DNA of 64,000 nt from a bacterium. Lineage in GTDB: Bacteria; UBA8248. Under the pieces are notes generated by a model. That model saw only the letters and a list, made by a program, of their open reading frames with translations, made no database searches and was not told where the DNA came from. The stretch is taken from NCBI GenBank assembly GCA_022828125.1, contig JAJEJD010000030.1, forward strand, positions 26,176-90,175, in the 5' to 3' direction. Positions 48,953-55,605 of this stretch are shown here, in pieces (position 1 is the stretch's first letter; the number at the start of each line of letters is the position of its first letter). The position numbers and the translations under genes are program-made.

Positions 48953-49381
48953 ATGCTTCCAGAAGAATTTTCTCCAGAAGAAAAGCTCGGGCGTTACGTC
49001 ACATCCAAACCCAACGCTGCCGGAAGAATCACCCATCATGTTTTCTTTGACAAGAAACAGGACGCATTATCCGTTGACAGGCTCAGCTATGCCTCTTGTG
49101 ATGAAGCGGCAAAGCTTGGAGATGAATTTGCCGAAAGTATCGGTAGGAATTTTTACGGTTGGGGTGTTGTTTTAGCTGGAGATGCGGAGAAAGATGAACG
49201 TAGTTTATTATACCAGCCCATTCTTCCAGAGAATCCTTACCATAGCCATATAATTCTGCCGGACATATCTGAAAGTGGCAAATATGAACATGCCCATGCA
49301 TTGGCAAAAAAAGCACACTTCAAACCAAAACCCCAAACTGATCCATCCGATTGTTCATCCGCGGAGATAGAAAATGAGTGA
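48953..49381 (+). CDS. Hypothetical protein (142 aa), island cassette gene 3
   Basis: Starts 9 nt after the gene 2 stop. Contains LSVDRLS and ENPYHSHIILP segments. No family recognised. Confidence 0.55.
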   Translation: MLPEEFSPEEKLGRYVTSKPNAAGRITHHVFFDKKQDALSVDRLSYASCDEAAKLGDEFAESIGRNFYGWGVVLAGDAEKDERSLLYQPILPENPYHSHIILPDISESGKYEHAHALAKKAHFKPKPQTDPSDCSSAEIENE

Positions 49382-49721
49382 AGAAGAGATCAAAAAAGGA
49401 TGGGAAGAGTCCAGGGAACCGTTCGACGAAGAGGAAATAAAAAAAGAGCTTGAAGATATCAGGCAAGGGATGACTCAACTTGAAGATTCCATAGGTGGAG
49501 AATTGGTTGCCATTAGGGGTGTTCTTGGCCTGACTTTTCGCTTGGCCTTAATTTTGGCTCCTAATGATACTAGACGTTTATGTATAGAACAGATTAAAGA
49601 TTTGGAGATAGGCCCTGGAAGTGATTTAACAAAGGAAGAATTTAATAGGTTCAAGGAAATATTTATCCAAGAAATCCCTGATAGCTTTACAGAAAATCCG
49701 TCCAACGAACTTTCAGACTGA
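49374..49721 (+). CDS. Hypothetical protein (115 aa), island cassette gene 4
   Basis: The start overlaps the gene 3 stop by 8 nt. Acidic coiled-coil-like N-terminus (EEEIKKGWEESREPFDEEEIKKELEDI), then a hydrophobic stretch. Confidence 0.5.
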   Translation: MSEEEIKKGWEESREPFDEEEIKKELEDIRQGMTQLEDSIGGELVAIRGVLGLTFRLALILAPNDTRRLCIEQIKDLEIGPGSDLTKEEFNRFKEIFIQEIPDSFTENPSNELSD

Positions 49722-49819
49722 TCCACTACCCATTTTTTGCATTATTTCCCCTTCGTCAAAAGAAAAAGCCTCATCTGCACGGCCTTCCTCTCCAGCTCAC
49801 TCCATTTCGTGAGCTCACT

Positions 49820-50220
49820 CTAAGTAAGCCGTTTCCCTTCGAACCCCTGCACCAGCACCTTCATGCCCCGAGGGGCTCCAGTGGCCGCATATTGTGGCGT
49901 CCGACAAACTCGTTCACATAGCGGTGCAGATGCTTGGAGCTCATCTTGTGATAGGTGCCCATGTATCTGCGCTTGTGTAGCGCCTAGAAGGACTCCACCC
50001 GGTGCATGACGGTGTTGGTGCGAACGCTGAAATACTCGCGGCAGTCGGTGCATCAATACGGCATGGGCTTCTCTCTGGGTACGCATGAGATTTTTACGGA
50101 GCCGCAATAGGGGCAGAATTGTCCCTTACCCCAGCGGATATCTTCGAACCATTTCCGTGCGGTTTCTTCATTCGGGAACATATTAAGTAGCTGAATGAGC
50201 GTGATGGCTTCCTGAGTCAT
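49820..50220 (-). mobile_element. Decayed IS1595-family (ISXO2-like) transposase remnant
   Basis: The minus-strand translation starts MTQEAITLIQLLNMFPNEETARKWFEDIRWGKGQFCPYCGS...CTDCREYFSVRTNTVMH (Zn-ribbon N-terminus). It then jumps to GTYHKMSSKHLHRYVNEFVGRHN (C-terminal motif). In-frame TGA at 50053-50055 and TAG at 49984-49986. The central DDE domain is missing. Confidence 0.75.
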
Positions 50221-50341
50221 TTGAAGTCTTCCATTATGTGTGAGGACTTTCCCGAACGGAAATGCTTTCTACAAAGTAGGAGACGAGAAATTATGTTAAG
50301 TTAGATGCACTAAATTATGCCTAGTCAGGTAAGTAAGTCCC

Positions 50342-50779
50342 ATGTTTTACCTTTGCCGTTTCGCCTCGGTTGCCACCTAAAAACCCCTTGTGTAGTGTTG
50401 ATCGAACCGGAAAGACAGATTCTCTGAAATCCTGCGCGGGGGAGGGTGCCATGGCTGCAAAGACCAAGGTGGATGTCCTGATCGAGAACGGAACCGTCGT
50501 CACCGTGGACCCGGAGCGGCGGGTCATCCGCAAGGGCGCGGTCGCCATAGCGAGGAACCGGATCAAGGACGTCGGGAAGGCTTCGACGCTTAAGAAAAAA
50601 TACGAGGCCAGACGGACCTACGACGCCACCATGAAGCTCGTCACCCCCGGCCTCATCAACGCGCACATCCACTTCTACCACCACATGCACCGGGGTCTCT
50701 CGCCCGAGACCCTGGCGGGGATGCCGTGGTCCGACTTCGTCCACCGCAAGGTCGCCACCATCGTGCGTGCGGAGGACGA
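50342..50779. repeat. Direct duplication, copy 2 (leader plus first 110 codons of the intact amidohydrolase)
   Basis: See 47264-47701. Confidence 0.9.
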
Positions 50780-51839
50780 GATATGGGGCGGACTCGGGAT
50801 TCTGGTCGAAACCCTGAAGACCGGCGTGACGACCTTCCTCGAGGCGGGCTCCTACAACATCGGCCCCGTCATCGAGGGCGTCTCCCGCATCGGAATGCGG
50901 GGCCTGATGGGCCGCAGGTCCTTCGACATGGTGAGCCAGGGCCACGACATGCTGGTCGACAGCACCCGGAAGTGCCTGAGCGAGAACGAGAAGTTCATGA
51001 AGGACTACCGGGGCGGGGTGGGGCTCGTGAAGCCCTGCGTCGTCGTCGTCGGGATGGGGCGCTGCTCGGACCGGCTCTACGTCAAGTCCAAGGAGATGGC
51101 CGACAAGTACCGGACCATCCTCCACATGCACCAGGCCAACATGATCGAGAATGTCCAGGAGAGCCTGAGCTTAAACGGCGCCCGCCCCATCGAGCATCTC
51201 TACAACATCGGCGTCCTCGGGAAGAACGTGGCCCTCACCCACATGGTCCACGTGAGCGCGAAGGAGATCGGGCTTCTCGCCGAGACGCGGACGAACGTCC
51301 TGCATTGCCCGAGCACCGCCATGAAGATCAGCTACGGCCTCTCCGCCTTCGGGAAGTTCCCGGAGATGATGGAGGCGGGCGTCAACGTCGCCATCGGCAC
51401 CGACGCGTCCGACTGCTCGAACTTCAACGACATGGTGCGCCTCATGTACCTGGCGGCGGCGACGCCCAAGGACTACCGCTACGACCCGGCCGCGGGGAGC
51501 GCCGAGAAGGCCATCGAGATGGCGACCATCAACGGCGCAAAGGCGATGAACATGGAGCGGGAGATCGGTTCACTGGAACCGGGCAAGAAGGCCGACGTCG
51601 CCATCTTCGACATGAAGCGGCCGGACTGGGTCCCCCTCTACAACGAGCTCCAGAATTTCGTCTATTCGGCCCAGGGGAACAGCTGCGAGAGCGTCATGGT
51701 CGACGGGAAGTTCGTGATGGAGAACCGCGAGGTCAAGACGATAGACGAGGCGGAGATCGTGGAGCGTATCGGGCGCCTCGCGAAAGGGGTCATCAAGCGG
51801 AGCAAGGTGCCGCTCTACAGCCCGTGGAAGTTCATCTAG
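50451..51839 (+). CDS. Amidohydrolase, TRZ/ATZ / cytosine-guanine deaminase-like (metal-dependent hydrolase superfamily)
   Basis: 462 aa from the ATG at 50451 (GGGGGAGGG RBS). HxH motif NAHIHF. Later HMHQ, HCP and GTDA segments fit the amidohydrolase metal ligands. Confidence 0.85.
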   Translation: MAAKTKVDVLIENGTVVTVDPERRVIRKGAVAIARNRIKDVGKASTLKKKYEARRTYDATMKLVTPGLINAHIHFYHHMHRGLSPETLAGMPWSDFVHRKVATIVRAEDEIWGGLGILVETLKTGVTTFLEAGSYNIGPVIEGVSRIGMRGLMGRRSFDMVSQGHDMLVDSTRKCLSENEKFMKDYRGGVGLVKPCVVVVGMGRCSDRLYVKSKEMADKYRTILHMHQANMIENVQESLSLNGARPIEHLYNIGVLGKNVALTHMVHVSAKEIGLLAETRTNVLHCPSTAMKISYGLSAFGKFPEMMEAGVNVAIGTDASDCSNFNDMVRLMYLAAATPKDYRYDPAAGSAEKAIEMATINGAKAMNMEREIGSLEPGKKADVAIFDMKRPDWVPLYNELQNFVYSAQGNSCESVMVDGKFVMENREVKTIDEAEIVERIGRLAKGVIKRSKVPLYSPWKFI

Positions 51840-51866
51840 CCCCGGCCGCCACGAGGAGGAACCCCC

Positions 51867-53000
51867 ATGACGCGCATCGCCACCACCCACGTCGGGTCGC
51901 TTCCCAGAAGCGAGCGGGCGCTCGATTTTCTCTTCGCCCGCGACCGGGAGGAGCCCTACGACGCGGACGAGTTCGCCGCCTGCATGGCGGAGGAATGCGC
52001 GGAGACGGTTCGCAAACAGGTCGAAGCCGGGGTCGACATCGTCTCGGACGGCGAGACTTCCAAGATTTCCTACACCACCTACGTCAAGAACCGCTACACC
52101 GGCTTCTCGGGCAACAGCGCGCGGGCCGTGCCGGGGGACCTCAAGCTCTTCCCGCGCTATCTCGAGCGCCTCGCAAGCCAGGGCGGGACGCCCAAGCTCG
52201 TCCGCCCGCAATGCACCGGGCCGGTCGCACCCAGGGACGACGTGGAACTTACGGCCGACATCGCCAATATGAAGGACGCGATGGCGGCGCACGGTGCGGA
52301 GCGCGGATTCCTGAACGCGGCGTCGCCCGGCGTGGTCGCGCTGTTCATGCCGAATGCCTACTACCCCTCCCGCGAGGCCTATCTCGAGGCCCTCGCCGAC
52401 GCGATGAAGGCGGAGTACGACGCGATACTCGCGGCGGGCTTCGACCTCCAGATCGACTGCCCGGATTTGGGCCTCGCGCGCCACGTGCTCTACGAGGATC
52501 TTTCCGACGCCGAGTTCGGCGGGATCGCGAAGGCCAACGTCGAGATACTGAACCACGCCCTGCGCGACGCCGACCCGGCGCGGGTGCGTGTCCACATCTG
52601 CTGGGGCAACTACGAGGGGCCCCACGTGTGCGACGTGGGGCTGGACCACGTGTTCTCCGCCCTGATGTCCGCCCGCGCGCGCTACGTCCTGTTCGAGAAC
52701 GCGAACCCGAGGCATGAGCACGAGTGGACCGTATTCCGCGACCGGCGCGACGAGATTCCCGGGGAGACGATACTCGTGCCCGGCGTCATCGACACGACGA
52801 GCAACTTCGTGGAGCATCCCGAGCTCATCGCGCAGCGCATCGGGCGCTTCGTGGATATCTTTGGTCCCGAGCGGGTTATCGCCGGAACGGACTGTGGGTT
52901 CGGGACGTTCGCCGGCTTCGGGTCGGTCGATCCCGAGATCGTCTACGTCAAGCTCGCGGCCCTGGCCGAGGGCGCCGCCATCGCGTCCGGGAGAATCTGA
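51867..53000 (+). CDS. MetE C-terminal-like (cobalamin-independent methionine synthase fold) protein, second paralogue
   Basis: 377 aa. THVGSLPRS, ICWGNYEGPH and TDCGFGTFAG. Colinear with 27299-28435. Confidence 0.75.
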   Translation: MTRIATTHVGSLPRSERALDFLFARDREEPYDADEFAACMAEECAETVRKQVEAGVDIVSDGETSKISYTTYVKNRYTGFSGNSARAVPGDLKLFPRYLERLASQGGTPKLVRPQCTGPVAPRDDVELTADIANMKDAMAAHGAERGFLNAASPGVVALFMPNAYYPSREAYLEALADAMKAEYDAILAAGFDLQIDCPDLGLARHVLYEDLSDAEFGGIAKANVEILNHALRDADPARVRVHICWGNYEGPHVCDVGLDHVFSALMSARARYVLFENANPRHEHEWTVFRDRRDEIPGETILVPGVIDTTSNFVEHPELIAQRIGRFVDIFGPERVIAGTDCGFGTFAGFGSVDPEIVYVKLAALAEGAAIASGRI

Positions 53001-53054
53001 GGCGCGCCCGGCCGGGTAACGCCGAGGCGGGGGCGGCTGTCTCGAAGGCGAGAT

Positions 53055-54449
53055 TTACTCCGAGCTTTTGGACGCGGCGCGCGGGACGAACCGGCCGTAG
53101 CCCGGCTCCTGCACGAGTTCCCCGTCTCTCAAGAGCGGCTTTCCGCGCAGGAGGCTGTGCTCCAGTTTGCCTTTGAGCTCCCAACCCTCGAATAGCGAGT
53201 AGTCGGAATTCGTGTGCTGGCCCGCCGCCGTCACGGTTGAGCGGCCTTCGGGGTCGATCACGACGAGGTCGGCGTCGGAGCCGACGAGGAGCGCTCCTTT
53301 CTGCGGGTAGCAGCCCAGGGTGCGCGCGGGGTTCTCGCTCGTGAGCTGCACGAGGCGCTCTTCTGAAATCCGCCCGCGGGCGACGCCCTCGCTGTAGAGA
53401 ACGGGCAGGAGGGTCTCGATGCCGGGCGCGCCGAAGGGCGACTGGGTGAAGGGCGGGTCGTTCTTCTGCGCCTTGGTGTAGGGGGCGTGATCGCTCCCGA
53501 TGAGGCTGATCCATCCCTCCCCGATGCCTTGCCAGAGCGCCGCGATGTCCGCCTCCGCCCGCAGCGGAGGCGCCACCTTGGCCGGGGCGCCCATCTCCCG
53601 GATGGCGTCTCCTGTTAAAGTCAGGTACTGCGGGCAGGTTTCCACGACGATGTCCTTCCCGGCCGTCAGCCCGCGCCGCGCTTCATCCAGGGCCAGCTCC
53701 GCCGTCAGGTGAACGATGTAGAGCGGGCAGCCCGCGAGATCCGCCAGGCGGATCGATTTCGCGACCGACTCGGCTTCCAGCTCCGGCGGGCGCGAGTATT
53801 CCTGGAAGTCGGCGCCGTCCATGCCGGCGTCGAACGCCTTGTTCTCCAGGTAGTCGATGACGGGGCCGTTTTCGGCGTGGACGAGCACGGTGCCCCCGTG
53901 GCGCCCCACGATGTCGAGCGCCGCGTAGAAGTACTCGTCCGGGATGCAGCGGCCGCGGCCCCGCTTCTTGTAGCCCATCATGACCTTGAACGTCGTGACG
54001 CCGCCCTCGATGGCTTTTGGGATCTCGGCGAGGTATTCGAAGTCCTCGAATATCCAGGCGTGCAGCGAAAAATCGACCACGCTCCCCGCCTCGCCCTCCT
54101 CGCGGATGCGGTCCAGCGTGGTGAGCATGGTCTCGTTCTCCTCGCCCGTGGCGAAGACGATCATGGTGGTGACGCCCCCGTGCGCGGCGCTGCGGGCCAC
54201 GTCGGCTAAGGAATCGATGTGGCTGGAGTACGCCCTGCAGTGGACGTGGGGGTCGATGACGCCGGGCATGACGAGCTTGCCCGTCACGTCCAGCACCTCT
54301 TCGGCTGCCGGCATGTTCTCGGGCGCGCCGATACAGGCGACCTTCCCGTCGCGGATGCCGAGAGCGGCCTCCTGGCGGCCCTGGCCGGATACGATCGTGC
54401 CGCCCCTCACGAGCAGGTCGAGCGGTTTCTGCTGGGTGCTGTCTGACAT
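53055..54449 (-). CDS. Dihydropyrimidinase / D-hydantoinase-like cyclic amidohydrolase
   Basis: 464 aa. AGGGAGG RBS. GVIDPHVH HxH motif. The TFKVMMGYK segment fits the carbamylated-Lys region. Confidence 0.85.
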   Translation of the reverse strand: MSDSTQQKPLDLLVRGGTIVSGQGRQEAALGIRDGKVACIGAPENMPAAEEVLDVTGKLVMPGVIDPHVHCRAYSSHIDSLADVARSAAHGGVTTMIVFATGEENETMLTTLDRIREEGEAGSVVDFSLHAWIFEDFEYLAEIPKAIEGGVTTFKVMMGYKKRGRGRCIPDEYFYAALDIVGRHGGTVLVHAENGPVIDYLENKAFDAGMDGADFQEYSRPPELEAESVAKSIRLADLAGCPLYIVHLTAELALDEARRGLTAGKDIVVETCPQYLTLTGDAIREMGAPAKVAPPLRAEADIAALWQGIGEGWISLIGSDHAPYTKAQKNDPPFTQSPFGAPGIETLLPVLYSEGVARGRISEERLVQLTSENPARTLGCYPQKGALLVGSDADLVVIDPEGRSTVTAAGQHTNSDYSLFEGWELKGKLEHSLLRGKPLLRDGELVQEPGYGRFVPRAASKSSE

Positions 54450-54492
54450 GGAAAACCTCCCTTGCGGACGGCCGCCGGCGCCGGAACAAACG

Positions 54493-54528
54493 GTCGTTTC
54501 ACGCCGGTTCCTCCGGTTGTGAAACGAC
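54493..54528. promoter_or_regulatory. Perfect 10-bp inverted repeat upstream of the dihydropyrimidinase-like gene
   Basis: GTCGTTTCAC-N16-GTGAAACGAC, 44-80 nt upstream of the ATG at 54449. Either an operator or a 5'-UTR hairpin. Confidence 0.3.
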
Positions 54529-54653
54529 CCGTCGGCGAAGCGGCAATCGATTATTCATGCTTTCGCTGATGAAGGAGGAGCATACCATAAAACCCGCGCG
54601 GGTTGACTGTTGATGGGGATTGATGAGAAATCGCAGCGGCGGGTCGCATAGAG

Positions 54654-54907
54654 GATAAAGGCAACCCCCCCTACCCCCCCTTGACAGGGGGGTATAAAAA
54701 GGCGACGCCCGCCGCCGGGCTGAGGGGGGTTTGCTTTTTCTTGCCCCCCTGTCAAGGGGGGGTAGGGGGGGTTGGTTTTGTAGGGGCGGGCCTCTGTGCC
54801 CGCCCGTATTGGGAATGTCTATGCCCGCAAGAGGCCTCGGACAGGCACGGAGGCCTGTCCCTACGGCTAACAATCTCGAAGGTCGGATAGACTTTTTCAA
54901 CAACCCC
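54654..54907. repeat. Intergenic repeat mosaic: R1 palindrome + two R2 hairpins + T motif (reverse)
   Basis: R1 at 54654-54779, GTAGGGGCGGGCCTCTGTGCCCGCCC (54780-54805), GGACAGGCACGGAGGCCTGTCCCTAC (54839-54864) and CTTTTTCAACAACCCC (54892-54907). Confidence 0.75.
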
Positions 54908-54908
54908 T

Positions 54909-54971
54909 GTTAAGGGTTGCCCGAAGCGGCGAGACGGCGCAACGGATGTGGACATAGAGGACTACCACTGA
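54909..54971 (+). pseudogene. C-terminal remnant of a HigB (plasmid-killer/RelE-fold) toxin gene
   Basis: The frame ending in TGA at 54969-54971 reads ...RRDGATDVDIEDYH*. The DG-A-DV-I-DYH* ending and the TGATG overlap with higA are typical of HigB. Only about the last 14 codons look HigB-like. Confidence 0.55.
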
Positions 54972-55276
54972 TGATTGAGAGACACCCTTCCATCGACCCG
55001 GCGCATCCGGGAGAAATCCTGCGGGAGGACGTACTGCCCGCCCTGGGCGTCAGCAAGACGGCTGTGGCCGCGGCCCTCGGCATATCCCGGCAGACGCTCT
55101 ACGACATCCTGAACGAGAAGCAGCCGGTCACCGCCGAGATGGCGGTTCGCTTCGGCAAGCTTTTCGGCAACGGCCCGGGCTTCTGGAGCAACCTCCAGCG
55201 CAACTACGATCTGGCACGCGCGGAGCGCATGGTGGACGTAAGCGGAATACCGACGCTCGAAGCGAGGGGCGTTTAG
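54971..55276 (+). CDS. higA: HigA-family antitoxin (XRE-type HTH)
   Basis: 101 aa. HPGEILREDVLPALGVSKTAVAAALGISRQTLYDILNEKQPVTAEMAVRFGKLFG is the canonical HigA/VapI HTH. Confidence 0.85.
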   Translation: MIERHPSIDPAHPGEILREDVLPALGVSKTAVAAALGISRQTLYDILNEKQPVTAEMAVRFGKLFGNGPGFWSNLQRNYDLARAERMVDVSGIPTLEARGV

Positions 55277-55560
55277 GGGGTTGTTGAAAAGCCGCTTCTT
55301 CAGAGGATAAAGGCAACCCCCCCTACCCCCCTTGACAGGGGGGTATGAAAAGGCGACTCCCGCCGCCGGTTGAGGAGCTTTTGTTTTTTCTTGCCCCTCG
55401 TCGATGTAGTAACCCCCCAATCCTTATCAGGGGGCTTTCTTTTTTTACCCCCCTGTCAAGGGGGGGTAGGGGGGGTTGGTTTTGTAGGGACAGGCCTCCG
55501 TGCCTGTCCTGACGAAGGACAACCACGGAGGGCAGGACAACCCCAAAGGGTTGTCCCTAC
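55276..55560. repeat. Intergenic repeat mosaic: T motif + R1 palindrome (expanded centre) + R2 hairpins
   Basis: GGGGGTTGTTGAAAAG (55276-55291), R1 at 55306-55483, GTAGGGACAGGCCTCCGTGCCTGTCC (55484-55509) and 55517-55560. Confidence 0.75.
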
Positions 55561-55605
55561 TACAACCGAGCTGCGCACACCCAACACCCCCGCCTTTGCC
55601 TGTTC

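Noticed and set aside
54917-54970. Longer higA start (MPEAARRRNGCGHRGLPL…).
   Set aside because: The extension is the out-of-frame remnant of higB. The ATG at 54971 overlaps the remnant's TGA in the typical toxin-antitoxin TGATG arrangement and gives a standard-length HigA.
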